A DNA stretch of 64,000 nt. Source: the human T2T-CHM13v2.0 reference genome, Homo sapiens. The notes beneath the pieces are model-generated. The model worked only from the letters and a program-made list of their open reading frames with translations, was not told the DNA's origin and searched no databases. Positions 14,616-32,616 of this stretch are shown here, piece after piece (the stretch's first letter is position 1; every line of letters starts with the position of its first letter). Both the position numbers and the translations under genes were made by a program. The DNA lies in assembly GCF_009914755.1 (NCBI RefSeq), contig NC_060933.1, one strand, 5' to 3'.

Positions 14616-17180
14616 TCTAAAGAAATTTTCAAAGAAATTCAACACCATAAAAAGCACTCCTATGATCCCTCAGCTCAGCCAAACCGATGCTGTCTAAGCA
14701 GGTACTGAATGCTCCAGGAGCTAGCACATATGAAAGGCAGTGACCACTGCTGATGGTCATTGATGCACAGCCTGCAAAGGGTCCTTCAAGACCATCAGGC
14801 ATGCGATACCTTAAGCTGAGAGACAGAAACAGGTGGAGAATTACCCAAACTCACACAGCCATTGGGATTGGGATGAAGCCAGGCAGATAATCCATGTCCA
14901 TGGATCTGGTAAATCCAGGGTTCTCTTTACTATGCAATGCATAACAAGAATCACTAATATTCATTAAATGCTCACTGTATGCTAAGGGCTATAACCCCTT
15001 TATGTGAATTATCTCATTTAGTGCTCACGGTAGTCCTTCAAAGTACGCATTATTATTAATCTCATTTAGAGATCAAGACACAGGCCTGGAAATGTGAAGT
15101 AATTTGTCTTGTCTTACTTATTAGCTAGAAGGCACTGAGCCGGTGGTTATTGCAGCACCCAGCCCTTGTGCATTCTGGATCAATATTAATTAGCTGGCAC
15201 ACGGGCATCCAGCTGCCCCAGATGCTACTTTGCTATCTAGTGTGCAGAGGCAAGTCTAAACACCTTTGCTGGCTGGAATCCAAACATTTCTAAATTTGCC
15301 CCTATGGCAGAGCAACCACTGGCATTCAAAACTGAGGCAAATCCTTAACTCACCCCCTGCCACCCCCAGCCCCACCTGGGCCTGCCAATCTGCTTCCAGC
15401 ACAGCAAATCCCACAATCTGCCAAGGTCTGTGGGCTGAAGCTTTTTATACTCAGCTCTTCTACTAAGGGTGTTAATTTCATTCGCTCACACCCACACTGT
15501 GTACAAACATGCAAATCATTAACATTTCCATTTACCAGGCTGGTATGGCCTGGAGCTGCTGGGATTTTTGAAGGAGATAACAATTCAATTTGCAATTACT
15601 GCTGCAATTTTTAATTCCCAAGGAAACTTCTGTCAGTGCTGTACTCCCGAGAGCCAAAATGAACACTGTAAGCAACTCTTCAAATCATTTCGAAAGAGAG
15701 GGAAAAAAAGAGAGGAAAGGAAGGAATGAAAGGAAAGGAAAGAAGGAAAGGAGCCAGTCAGGCAGGGTGCCTGCCTGCCTGCCTACCTCTGGGAGGGCAG
15801 GATTATAAGCCTATTTCAGAGAAGTTCAATTTAGCTCTAAATTTCAAAGTTTCCTCCAGCTGTATGAATCAACAACTAAATGTTGATTCTTTAGGAGGGG
15901 CTTTTGTGAAGTAATATTTGCAACTGAACAATCATCAACACATTTACTGTTTGTAAACTCAGAATTGCTGTGGGATAGAGGAAGGTGTACCTATTTTCAT
16001 TCTCCAGTGTTACTACTTTGGGCAGTTAAAGGCTAAGAATGAACATTTCCAGGTCCCAAATAACCACCTGCCACCTTCCAAGTCCCAAAGACACCTGCTG
16101 GCACTGGTAACTACTATTTATTGCACGTCCACTGTGCACTGTGCACCAGGAACCACCATGCCCTGCATAAGCCTACCCTTCTTTATACCAGCAGGGAAAC
16201 TGCAGCCAGGGAGCACTCACAGAGGGCACATGTGCCAGGCACCGTGCAAGTGCTGGGGACAAAACAATGAACCCTGCGACTGCCCGCCCTCAGGTGGTTT
16301 ACAATCAAGTGGTAAACAGATCAATTAAAAAAAAAAAACCATGGATGTAAATTAAATAACACAATAAGATGCAGTCATTTGGAACAGGCCACTGTAGACG
16401 AGGAAAGCGAGGGCATTTGGCCTTAGAAAATGCATCTGTTCAAGGTCAGAGAGCAGGCTGGGCCACAGCTCTGGCTGGAACTCTCAGGGTCACACTTGAG
16501 CCACTGCTTCGTCCCACTCCCCATCTTATTTTTTTCTGTTTGGGGCCTGCTGGAACTCACTGCGGTAATACAAATGAGTCAGATTTCTCGACCACGAGAA
16601 GCATCCATTAATGTAAAAAACATTTTCTTGTTTGGGGTTGGTCCTGAGAGCTATCAAAAAATAAAAACCAGAACCATAAGTCAGACAGTATAATGGTCCC
16701 CTCATCGGGTATGTGTCCCACACTGTCTCAAATCACTAGAGAAGCTTCTCTAGCAGGCATCAAATGCTCTGTAGGGTGACAGCAGGTGGAGGCTGTAAGA
16801 CTCATGTTTTTCACACTAGTGTTCTGCCTCTGCGGCTTTTCAACTCCCCAGGTGTAGGACATGGAAACACACGTAAATGATCTAAATGGCAGATAACAGT
16901 TTCCTTTAAATTTGCCTTTGGAATGCACTCTGGGCCTGCCCTTCCTAATCATGATCATCTTTGGCTCTGGTTAAAGTCTTATTCTCCAGAGCTCCTAACA
17001 CAGGGGAATCCGGGCAGAAATCAGGGGCCGCCTGGTCTGTCCCAACTGTCTGTAGCAAATCCACATAACGATATGCCCAGGATTCCCATTCACTTGTTCC
17101 TAAACTAGACACAGACCATGCTACTTTGCCCTGGAACCTGGGGCCATCATCCACCCACCAAGATTTCACAACCACGTTGA

Positions 17181-17535
<355 letters not shown>

Positions 17536-18328
17536 GGAATCTTTAATTCCAGTTTGTAAACACTGTTCTATAATCCCATTTCCAAAATGTAAGCAACCTT
17601 TCAAGAAAAAGACAAATAAACTGTGAAGGACCACTCCCTATCCCTGTTATTTCGGCTCTTCAGCAGGACACCATGCGCTATGAAAAACGGCTTTTCCTTC
17701 TGAGATGGACTTTGGACCGCAGTCCCCGGGTCTATCAGCCCAAACAAATAAAACCCTATGCGCCAAAGATGTGCTCCTGGTCAGTGGGGCCTGTGAAGGC
17801 TTAAAAACCAGAACTGCTCTGTTCTCTTCTTTAATCTCCAATTCACTGTGGATCTTGAAATCCCTACTACCAACAGTGGTCCTACCACTCTTCTCATTTA
17901 AATTACTGAACACAACTAAACAAAACCACAAAATAAAACATCAAACCTGTCTGTCTGTATACCCAGCTGCTTCCAATGAAAATCTTCAGACATTTTAACT
18001 CATGGTTTTCTAAGGAGAACCAGAGACAATCCAAACGTAAGTAAACATATTAAATTTCTATTCTAAAAGTGGTGCTTTTAAGTAGTTGGATCAATGCTGA
18101 TTTTCTCCTGGCTGGCTGGAGACACCAGCCCACACGGTGCTGAATTCAGAAGAGTACCGCATCTTGGTCTGCTTCAGTAAATACCGGTGTCTGCTAAGGC
18201 CCATTCTGAAGACACTGTACTATGTATGACACAGTCAGAACTGGTTCTTTATTTTAATGTGTAAAAATACATGAAAGAAAGTATAACAAACCTCATATAT
18301 CGATGACCTGGACTCTAACACTTGTTAA

Positions 18329-18678
<350 letters not shown>

Positions 18679-19683
18679 TATTGTTTTTAATTGGAGAAAA
18701 GGCATACAAATTTATTAACGTGTATACAGGGAAAATCACAGAGTGATTATGATTTTAGAGAGTAAATTATAGATAGCATAACTCTTCACCCTTAAATACT
18801 TCAGCATGACTATTCAAAAAAGCACACACTCCTACATGACTCAGCACCGTTTCACACATAATCACATGAGCAACAGTTCCTCATTATAATCCACCATGGA
18901 GTTCATATTCAAATTTCCCGAACTGTCCCCCAATGTCTTTAATAGCCGTTTTGTTCAAACTTGGATCCAATCAAGGATTGCTAAGGAGTACCCTTTCCAA
19001 AGTAACATGTTAGACAAAAGAATGACTCACAGAAAGTCAGAAGGGCTGGAACCTGACAGTAAATTAGCATCCCACCTACTTTCTTTTTAAGAGAAAATGA
19101 TCTATCATTTGACAAACAGCAACTGCTCTTAATATTTCCATGCATTTTCTTCCAGTTATTTGTTTTCTTTTCATAAACACACCCATATATGCAGTTGTGA
19201 AAAAACTGTCTTGCTACTGATCAAATGCTACCGCAACTTCTTCTGGCAAGAGGAGGCAAAGACCTGGTGAAGTCTCGCATATGTCATCTCTGGCATGCCT
19301 GCCAGCCGGCCGGTCTCCTGGGTCAATAACTGTGATAAAAGGCCGCTGAGTGCGTCAACAGACTGTCCTGCACTGAGACACTATTAAAGGTCCTTGAGCT
19401 CCAAATGTACCACTGCACTGCTCTGTGGCCCTGCCAACTTCCTCCTCCTCAAGCTGACATGACCCCAAGCCCTAGAGAGACAGAGTAGGTGTTAAGAGAG
19501 GCTGTTGTCCCACTTCCTGGGTGTCCAGGATGGATAAATGAAAGATTTTACAGAAAGTACCTTGAAAGTACTTTGGAACTTTTGGAAGTGCTATATATTT
19601 AAAAGCTGTTAATAACATTATCTAAATCAAAAAATATCACAAAAGCCTCAAACTCCTAGATATCAAAGCTTTGACCTGGGATA

Positions 19684-19996
19684 TTTCTTTTTCTTTCTTT
19701 CTTTCTTTTTTTTTTGAGACAGTTTCACTCTGTCACCCAGGCTGGAGTGCAGTGGCGCAATCTCGGCTACTGTAACCTCCACATTCTGGGTTTAAGCGAT
19801 TCTCCTGTCTCAGCCTTATGCCTGTAGCTGGAAATACAGGTGCCCACCACCAGGCCTGGCTAATTTTTGTATTATTAGTAGAGACGGGGTTTCGCCAGGT
19901 TGGCCAGGCTGGACTCGAACTCTTGACCTCAAGTGATCCGCCTACCTTGGCCTCCCAAAGTGCTGGGATTACAGGCGTGAGCCCCTGTGCCTGGCT
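19684..19996 (-). mobile_element. AluS
   Basis: Full dimer. Confidence 0.93.
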
Positions 19997-20030
19997 GACT
20001 TGGAACATTTCTAAAAAAGTAAAAATGTTC

Positions 20031-20322
20031 AGCCAGGCGCGGTGGCTCACACCTATAATCCCAGCACTTTGGGAAGCTGAGACAGGTGGGTCATGAGGTC
20101 AGGAGTTCAAGACCAGCCTGGCCAAGATGGTGAAACTCCATCTGTACTAAAAATACAAAAATCAGCTGGGCGTGGTGGCGGGTGCCTGTAATCCTAGCAA
20201 CTCAGGAGGCTGAGGCAGAGAATTGCTTGAACCTGGGAGGCGGAGGTTGCAGCGAGCTGAGATCATGCCACTGCATTCCAGCCTGGGCGACAGAACGAGA
20301 CTCCATTTCAAAAAAAATAAAA
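20031..20322 (+). mobile_element. AluS
   Basis: Full dimer. Confidence 0.93.
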
Positions 20323-20583
20323 ATTTTCAACAGACACATACTGCACCAAATGAAACATCTCGAGCTGAACTAAACTCTCAGCCAAACCAAGCCATCATAT
20401 TGAGAGAGGAATCATCTTATTCCTCAGGAGAATTGTGAATTTTCTTGAAATCATGTTGGACTACCTGTGCTTTCTGCTCTGGAAGGTGATTCCCCAGGCA
20501 CTTCAGCTCTGCTGCTGGGCCAGTCTCTCAGAGAAAACTGCCTCCTTGCTTCTTCCTGGAAAGGAAGCCCAGGGCTTTCTTAC

Positions 20584-20647
20584 CTTGTTTCCAGGGGTAC
20601 AGATGACTTCGTTTCAAGGGCTTCTGTTTTTCAATAGCATTGCCCAT
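20584..20647 (-). CDS. RAPGEF1: RAPGEF1 alternative first exon, coding part: MGNAIEKQKPLKRSHLYPWKQ + G (phase 1)
   Basis: AAA-ATG-G Kozak, 21 codons plus 1 nt, donor CAAG|GTAAGA. Matches the recalled C3G isoform b N-terminus. Confidence 0.92.
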
Positions 20648-21569
20648 TTTAAAGCCAGAGGACACAGGGCCCTTCCCAGCCCCAGCGTCTTTCCGGAGCA
20701 GCAACTGAGGACCGAGTCACTGGCTGAAAGGGGATATCTCTTGGACATCCCAAACCATCCAGCGGCAGAACCCAGGCAGCCTCACAAGGGAAGCCTGAGG
20801 AATCTCATTCTCAAGTCTTTGCCTTCTGCCTTTCAAAATCCCTTTGGCCCCAGGGAGGAAATCAGAAGAAAGGGCTTGTTATCGCCCTACCGGTGCCTCT
20901 CAGGCATGGTCTATATTAAGAAGCTCTTTCCTCAGCATCCTTTTGACACTTTATTACTCATCAGCACAACAGCGGCTTGCAAGATGAATTTTATGTCCAA
21001 ATACTTTTAATACCACTTTTCTCCGCAGGAGAAATGGGGAATCAGGTGATCAAAATGCTGAAAGTCATAAATGAACCATTCTGGGGCATGCCAGGAGAAA
21101 CATTTTCATACAGACCCTTATGCCACGCCTTCTATTTCAGAGTCCCACGCTCAGACCAGTGTGCACCACGTAACAAGTACTGTCAGAGAAAACAAGCTGA
21201 TTTCACTAATGCTGTGTTTCCAAGGGAAACACAAAACGAAACAAAACATCAAAACACTGCTACACCTCAGTCTCCAAAGAAGAAAACACCTTGGGGACAA
21301 ATACAGCTAAGAATTTATAACCCCAAGCTCCAAACTCCCACTGCACTTTGGGAACAATTTTGCTGGAGAAAGTGCTACGCTACCTAAATTCTGAACAAAG
21401 GGTTTTCTAGAAGAAAAGAAGGGAATGAAATCAATCACATATTCTTGGTAAAAAGGAAGACAATGTCGAGGTGGATGAAAAGATTTCATTTATTTCAGTC
21501 CCAGAGTTTGAGGTTATAAAAGCCCCTAAAGAATCCCCACAGCATAATATGGGTAAGAATGCAGGCTCT

Positions 21570-21917
<348 letters not shown>

Positions 21918-22015
21918 TCACCTCCTCAGCTGTAATAAGAATCAAACAAAAGAGAACATTTGTGAAGTACGTAGCATGCTGCCTGACACTCAGGAGGTCC
22001 CTGGTGAATATTTAA

Positions 22016-22766
<751 letters not shown>

Positions 22767-24629
22767 TAATATTTGGGACAACATTCCAAAAAAGACCCAC
22801 AGAACCAGAGAGACCAAGTTTAAGAGGCACTTAATGCTCTGTTAAGTTTCTGGGCGCAGTGGGCCACTGTGTTAAACCAGGCCCTTCCTTTCTGAAGGAA
22901 GGGGAAATAATCTTTCCAATTTATGCAAAACAGACAAAAACCAAAATCCAAATCTCTACAAGATCTTAAGGCCTCATAATTGATCTACCAATACAGAGAT
23001 CATTTTTGCAAAATCACGGCCTGAGAGTCCAAACTTGGCAAAGCAAATGGCATGTGTCTGTCGCACCGTCTCCAATGAGGTGGCAGGAAAGAGCATGGGT
23101 GCAGAGGCTCCCTGTTTCCCTCACAGAGCCCGCAAGCTCCTCCCCAGATTAAACTGCAGCCACAAACTGGAATAAAGCACAGGGAACCCCCACCACGCGA
23201 GAGGGGTCCAGTGAAAACTAACAGTTGCACAGCAGAATACCTGGCACACAGTAGGTGCTTAATAACTCTCTGTTGAATAAATGAGTGGATAGGTGACAGA
23301 ATAAACCAATGAGAATTATCCCCAACATACACACACTGATTGTCCCCACCCCCTGGAATGCATTAACCAGAGTTTCTAATCCATAAACAACCTCTCCTCT
23401 CCTAGCAAGAGTCAGAGGGTATGGGCGGCTGGGGCGCTGTTTCCTCCACTTCCCCACTCCTTAGCTCAGGCCACTCCGGGCCCTGGAATTTCTTCCCTAT
23501 CAGGAGTGCGAAGCCCCTGAAGTCAGGAGCCGTGTCTGGGGCAGCTCCTCCTGGCGCCTGTGCACACAGACAACAATGGGTCACAGTTACAGAACCTGGG
23601 CTCAGGTGTGCCCTCTCTCGTTTCTCAGCTGGGGGCCAACACATTTGTAACTGTGTTTCCATGAAAAAACGCATCCTAGGTTCCAAACAACTAATATACT
23701 GATGAACCTTTAGAATGAACTGGACATTTTTCCTTGAGAGAACAGCTTTGAAATGAGGACCCTGTGGTCCAACCCTTCTCAATCATGGCTCCCCCAAAAT
23801 AACTCCAATGTGAACTGTTCAGGGGTAGGGGGAGGGGGAGAGCAACAGAATAACCTAATCTTAAGAATTCCTCTCTAATCCCCAGCTCAGAAAGCGTCTT
23901 TTACAGTCATCCCCTCTGCAGTGTCCCAGACTAAGCAAACAAACAAAAAAACATAGAGCCATCCCCAAAGACCAATATGCTTGCAATCCAAGATGGGCAA
24001 GCGACCCATCTCCAGTCCACATTTCAGGGAGACAACAGAAAATTTTTCTGATTCTTCACAAATGGGAAGAATCAAAAGTGAACTGTTACCAGAAGCAGAA
24101 GGCTGACTGCACAGCCACTGTGATGAGTTTCCAAGCCTTGCACAAATACGCCGAGAACGCTGTGGCTGTACGAACTGCCTTCAATCAGACCCGACCTGGC
24201 CATGTGTTATCAAGGTCACTCCTTCAGGTATGACTACTCCAAGCCTCAAATCTCTGTAAAACCCAAGGAGATCCACAAGATCATCTGCTCCAGCGACTCC
24301 CTTCCCCATTTCACAGATTCCTCAGAGAGGGGCAGGGATCAACGCTAGGCATTTAGTTGGAGGGCTGGATCCAGCCCCCAAATCTTTATCCTTGGCTAGG
24401 AAAACCTCTGCTACCCATTTCCTCATGACCAGAGGAGGCAGGAGGGCAGTGTGAAGGAATTGGCTTTGAAGGCCAGCTGGCCTGGTTTGAATCTATGGGG
24501 GCACTTCCTAGCTGAACAACTTTGGGATAGAAACTAAACCTTTCCACACCTTGTATTTTCACATACATTCATGTGTACCATTATGCTGTCTACTTCATGG
24601 GTAGTTTAAAGGTTAAATAAGAATTCAGA

Positions 24630-24773
24630 CTTGGGAGGCTGAGGTGGGAGGTTGAGGCAGGAGAATCATTTGAGCCCAGGAGGTCAAGACTGCAGTGATT
24701 TGTGATCACACCACTGCACTCCAGTCTGGGCCACAGAGCGAGAACCCATCTCTAAAAAACTAAACTAAAATAA
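24630..24773 (+). mobile_element. Alu right-arm fragment
   Basis: Alu consensus similarity. Confidence 0.85.
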
Positions 24774-25017
24774 AGATGTTTAAAATTTGTTGGTACACAG
24801 CAGATACTCAATGAGAATAGCTGTCACTGTTTTTATTATTATTACCTATAAATCTCCAAGCTTTAGATACAATACATTGAAAAAAATTATTTACCCTCAC
24901 TAGGGATTTTCTCCCCCATATCAGAGTAAGATCCACTGCAATATTCTAGTAAATAATCATTCTCTTAGTATAATTAAAATAAAATTTATCTTACAAACAT
25001 CTGTACCTCAGGAATAA

Positions 25018-25118
25018 TTTTTTTTTTTAAGAGACAGGGTCTCCCTATATTGCCCAGGTGGCCTCAAACTCCTAGGCTCAAGTGATCCTCCTGCCTCAGC
25101 CTCCCGAGTAGCTGGACT
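25018..25118 (-). mobile_element. FLAM/Alu monomer fragment
   Basis: Alu consensus similarity. Confidence 0.8.
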
Positions 25119-25615
25119 CCAGGAGGAATGATATTTTGATTGTGGAACATGACATAAGCCAGAGGGGTAATATTGTGGCCACTGAAGTAGGAAACATTTT
25201 AAGGAGTGCCTGTCCCTACACGCAAGACGCTGTTGGCTCCAGACGAACTCTGAGTCAGGATCCTGCAAGGCGGTGCTCACTTCTTGAAGGAGATTTTTTT
25301 TTTTTTTTAGATAGAAATGGCTCAGAAGGGAAGGGCTCGTGGATCCCTGTAATGTGCACACTCACCCACCCAGAACCAAAGAAACAGAGGCTGGGCTCTC
25401 AGGCGGGTACCCGGTAGCTCACACAAAGCTTTGTGTATGGAATTTGTCTGCTGGGAGGAAAGTCTGATGTTGGTCACTTCCCTCCTGGAGAAAAATACAA
25501 CAATACGAGGAAGCGCCAAGCACTGTGGGAATGTTCCAAGTGTGAGTTCCAGCTCAGCCCAGAATATAAACAAAAGCGATGACCAGCCTGGAGGTCAGGC
25601 CTAGCAAAGCACTGA

Positions 25616-25972
<357 letters not shown>

Positions 25973-26538
25973 GAGACTGCTTTGAAGTAACTTTCCTGTC
26001 CAGGCCTGGAGGAAATCATCGAAGGCAAAGGCCACCACGTGTCGAATGTCATAGGAAATACAAGCTCAGGGACTCTCTTATGACACATCTGCAAACTTAT
26101 AGATCAGTCTCAGAATGTCATAGCTGGAGGGGCCTCAGAGATTTACTCAACAAATACCAACACGGAGCTTGGGGAGGGTCGGATAACATGCACGAAGAAT
26201 CACTTAGTTATCCCGGTGATCAGTGCTAAATTCAGGGTGGGGGACGCATGTCTAGCAGGGCGACCTAATCTAAGCTGGAAGTCAGGGAAGGGTGAGACTT
26301 GAAGGATGAGCAGAGCTGGACCAGGCAAAGGGGCAGTGTGTATGAAAGCCCTGTGTAGCTGGAGGTATGTGCCCAGGGGAAGGCCGGGGGTCAGATGGGA
26401 CAGGGCCTTATAGATCCAGGGCTTTGTCTCATGGGCTTTGGGGGTTCCTAAGGTGCCGGCAAACCACGTGTTCATTCTTCTGGGAAGAGAGGTCTATGGC
26501 TTTCACCAAAGTCTTAAGGAGTTTCAAGAGGTTAAGAA

Positions 26539-26849
<311 letters not shown>

Positions 26850-27445
26850 TTAAGAACTACTGATCTAGCCCAACTCATTACAATAAAATGGAGAAACTGA
26901 GGTCCAGAGAAAAAAGACCTTTCACAGGAGGCTAGAGGCCCCAAGTCACTGACTCCCATTGCAGTGCTCTCCCACAGCTAGCCCGCCGACCCACGTCTGC
27001 AGGGGATGTGTCAACAACTACATATGCTGGCTCCCATCCCACTGGCCACTGCTGCTGGATCCCACACGAGGCTGCTTCTATCCAGGCAGGCCTAGAAGGA
27101 CAATCTACGGAAATGAACTGCAAAGTCACCAGCCCATCTTTCTTGTGCAACCTAATCTGCAAAACACAGGGGCTCAGAACCTGTCCCTTGCTTCAGATTT
27201 CAAGGACCCCCCCAATGATACAGTTTCTGGCTTTTCAAGAAGCTTCATGGATGAGGCTGGTTCACTGAAGGGCAATCAGGGCTCAGCATCCAGCCTTCTG
27301 AAGAAGCTGTTTACTTGTTGTTCTTTACAAAGTCAGGACTTGGCCAGGAACTAAACGTAGCCCTCAGTATGGGAAAGGGAGAAATTTGGAAGACTTGGTG
27401 GAAAGTCTAAATATGTAAGGAGAATGCTTCTTAAACCCCTGATGT

Positions 27446-27812
<367 letters not shown>

Positions 27813-28455
27813 TCAAGGCCTTTTGGAGTCTGGCCCCAAATTACCTTTCCCACCTTCATCTCCCACTTCCTCACACGGCGACTGGACACTGTGCATAGCC
27901 GTGCACCTGCCTGCCTGCACTGTAGCTCCTGTCCCTCCTCTCCAGCGAGTCAAAGGAAACCTCACAGCCAACATCCAGTGGACTCTCAAAGATCAGTGTT
28001 GAGGGTCCCACAGCCTCGGGTCCCACAGCCTCTGCTTCACTTGGACCATGGCAGTATTGGAAGGGGTAATGCCCGCACTGGGGAAGACTCCAGCCCCTCT
28101 CCTGGCCAGCCCGCTGACCTCAGCCTCCAGGCTGTGATGCCTCTGCCCTTTACAACTCCCCGCCTCCAGATAAACTTGACAGAGCCACTCACTGCTGATG
28201 GCCCTCTGCACTGAGCTGCATGAGGATGAACACGGTCACAGCCTGCACTCTGGCTGTGCTCCTCAAGCTTGTAAAAATGCACCTGTCTCCCTTAAGAGGT
28301 GTGGAGTCCATACACAATGGGTACTCACTATCCACTGAACAAAAATTAGTGAGCGTCAGCTATGTGCCAGGCACCATTCTGGGCTCTGGTGAAATAGCAG
28401 CCGACAGGGAGCTTACCTCCCAATGAGGGAAAATATCATAAAAAAGAAGCAAATA

Positions 28456-28965
<510 letters not shown>

Positions 28966-29963
28966 CTACCGCAGGATCCATCTTATCAATGAGAAACTGA
29001 TTTTTAAAAGGAGATGGGTGAGCAACTTTTCCCAAGATCACATGATCAGCAAACGGTGGCACCAGCAGCCTTTAAACCGTGGCTCTTGTCCATGGCTTCT
29101 CAGCAGGTGCCCTACAATATCTGGGGAATGAATGTTCCAGTAAGAGAACGGCAAGTGCAAAGGCTCTGAGGGAAAGGAACACCTGGAAGAAGAGCACAAA
29201 AGCCAGTGTGGCTGGGACACAGTGACGGGGAGAGGGGTGTCAGGGAGTGAGTTAAGGGCCAGAGTCCAGGGCGCACACAGGCCACGTCGAGGACCTCGGA
29301 TCGCTTCACATGTGTGGGGAAGCCCCAGGCAATCATAAAGAGGATCCATGTGATCCAGTTCACACTCTGGCTGTGAAATGCAGAATGAATGGCTGTGAGT
29401 TGGGAGAAGAAACCAAGAAGCCGGTTAGGAAGGCATGGGGCAGTCCAGGGAGAAACGGCGGTGGCCTGGAGTAAGGGGTCAGCAGAGGAGGTACTAAGAA
29501 GGACCAGTCAGGATTTATTGGAGTAAATCGCAGGGGTTTACCGAGGGACTGGATGTGCGCTGGGAGAGAGGAGGCAAGGACACCCTCATTGTTTTCTCAT
29601 CCAAACCAAGATTTCTAAGCCTGAACAATCGGATCAAAAATGGCATTATTTACTGTGATAGGGGAACCCAAGGTGAGTTACCAGGCAGAGAGTGAAGGGG
29701 AGAACCAAGAGTTCTGGTTCAGGTGCATAATGTCCTAAAGAGGGGCTGGAAACATGCATTTGAGAAGGACCAGTGTTTAGCTAGCTGGCTTAGTGCCACG
29801 GGACTAGGCTGCCTGTTCCCAAATGGCAATTCAGGAGACAGAAGAGCCCAAAACAGAAGGCTGAGATGAAACCCTTTACAGAGCACGTACACTTGATGCT
29901 GTAAAATTACTCATGGGAGTACTGCGTGACTTCAGATATAATTTAAATTTTAGAGGTTGTGGC

Positions 29964-30095
29964 TTTTTGTGTGTGTGTGTGAGACAGGGTCTCACCATGT
30001 TGCCTAGGCTGGACTTGAACTCCTGGGTTCAAGTGATCCTCCCACCTCAGCCACCAGAGTAGCTGGAACTACAGGCACATGCCACGGTGCTTGGC
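29964..30095 (-). mobile_element. FLAM-type Alu monomer with (TG)n tail
   Basis: Monomer similarity. Confidence 0.8.
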
Positions 30096-30791
30096 AAAAT
30101 TTTAGTTTTCACGTTCTGGATGCTTAGTTTGTAAATGTCTTGCTTATCATGACTAATATGTCATCCAAATTAATCAGCTAATATCCCAAGGCACAATATA
30201 CATTCAGAGTGAGATTCACCAAAGAGTTTTCTTCCCAACTGCTCAGCTTCTGGCCATCTCTTGTCAGGGCTCATTAGATCACTGTTGTTTTTCCCTCGCA
30301 ATACTGCTGACAAGAAGCATGAACTGGAAGCAGAAGTGTCACCATTTTCTTGTTCACGTGTACTTATACTACTAGAAAAGTCTTCAGTCTGTGATGTCTT
30401 TTTGGGGCTATTATTAAGCTACTTCTCTATTTTATAAGGGTTTGTTTCAATACTGGGCAGCGGCTTCAACCTAGCTCTTCAACCCAGCTGGACAAGTCAC
30501 ATAAACCCTTCAGGGCTTTTTTTTTTTTTTTTTTTTTTTTTGAGACAGTCTCACTCTGTCACCCGGAGAGATAGTAGTAAGCTGATGTTCATTAGGCACT
30601 TAGCCCATGCAGTACCAGGCTCCTTTCTGTGTATTTTACTCTCGTGGTTGCATTAGATCCTCACGATAAGAGAAGGATACTGTTACTGTTCTCATTCTAC
30701 AGAGGAGGAAACTAAGACACAGAGCTTTTCTTTGAGATCTGAAAGAGTTAAGATTTGTACATAGTCATACACCGAATTGGGGCAAAGTTAG

Positions 30792-31176
<385 letters not shown>

Positions 31177-31359
31177 TGAGGCCACTGTCACCTCCTTCCA
31201 GTGCTTTTGAGAGGATTAAATACACATAGCACAGCTCCTGGCATTACTGCACAGAAATTCTTTGTTACGTCATCATCATCATCATTATTATTATAAGGGC
31301 AACCTTTTATCTTACAGGTAAGTCCCTATGACCCTTCCAATTCCTCTCCAGACTTTGAG

Positions 31360-31510
31360 TGGTGGTTCCAAAGATACCCCCCACCTCTACCAGCAGTGTC
31401 ACCCAGGGAACTCGCTAGAGATGCTCATTCTCAGCCCAACCACAGACCTACTGAATCAGAAACCAGGCGCCAGAGCCCAGAAACCTCCAGGTGCTGACGT
31501 TTGAGAGCCA
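31360..31510. mobile_element. MER5A-like DNA transposon fossil
   Basis: GGGAACTCGCTAGAGATGCTCATTCTCAGCCC...CAGACCTACTGAATCAGAAAC. Confidence 0.65.
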
Positions 31511-32616
31511 CCGAACAGGCAGGCAGCATTCTGGGTACCCGGCAGGTCCTCAGGACAGCGACCACCTGGCCCCAGATGACCCTGTCAGCAACACCTGCCA
31601 ACATCACAGGCTGCAAGTTATCAATTTGTCACAAACATCAAGCTTCTTACCTGTCTTTCTGGCTGTTTCCTTTAACCTCCTCCCACAGTATATCACTTGC
31701 ATAAAAAATGAAACTTCTTAGAAAAATCCTATGCCTGTATCTTTTCCACAGCAACAGAAAAAAAAATCTCTGTCCAAGTTAACCAAGACAAGTGTCCCTA
31801 TATAATTATTTTTCCAACTTTCTCTATAAAACTTAAATTGACAAAAATACTAATATCCTTTTTATCCATTCCAAAGAATAACAATTTGAGATTTGATGTG
31901 ATTTTTACCTTAAGATAATGTGATCTGGTTGTTATATGTACATGTTTATGTTTCTTGAACCAAACCATCCCAGATTTTGATGCTTCTAGGAGTGACTGGA
32001 ACATGCCAAGTAGCAGATGCCCATGGGAGAACGGAGCCCCAGACAATCCCACCGACCCTCCCGCAGACTCCATGGACTTGACCTGCATTAGAACAGGCTG
32101 TGGACCTGAAGCAGTTCTCTCACTGCAAACCCAGACCCTCTCCAGTGCGAATTTGTGGAACGCGATAGATGTTAATGATTACTCCCTCAGTGTTTTCTCA
32201 TCCAAATCAGGACATTTCGAAGGGGGTAGGGAGGACTCTGTTAATAATGACGCCAGGACAGCAGGCAGAAGCCGGGAAGTGTGCTCATCCCTCCATCTGT
32301 CACGCGCTCTGTCAGCACGGTGATCCTCAGGGTAATTTTCCTCTGGTGTCCGGATATCTAACTAAGAGGCTAGAAGAGAGGTGCATTGACAAGCAAAAAT
32401 CCAGAGTCCAACCCTTCAGTCTAAGGCGAAGTCTCGTTTGGAGGGGTGTACTTGGACCCAGTCACAGCAAGCTCCATGAGGGCAGGAGACCTGACTTCTT
32501 TACCAGTGTTCCAGGCATCTATTGCCACCGACTGTATGGAATAGTCGCCGAAGAATTCAGCTCGAAGATGGGTCAGTGGCTTATACTGTATCTCCCTGAT
32601 TCTAAGTCACAGACAT

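Noticed and set aside
20435-21010. 191-aa plus-strand ORF overlapping the isoform-b exon
   Set aside because: Begins with GTG and has no recognisable domain; the real coding signal is on the minus strand.
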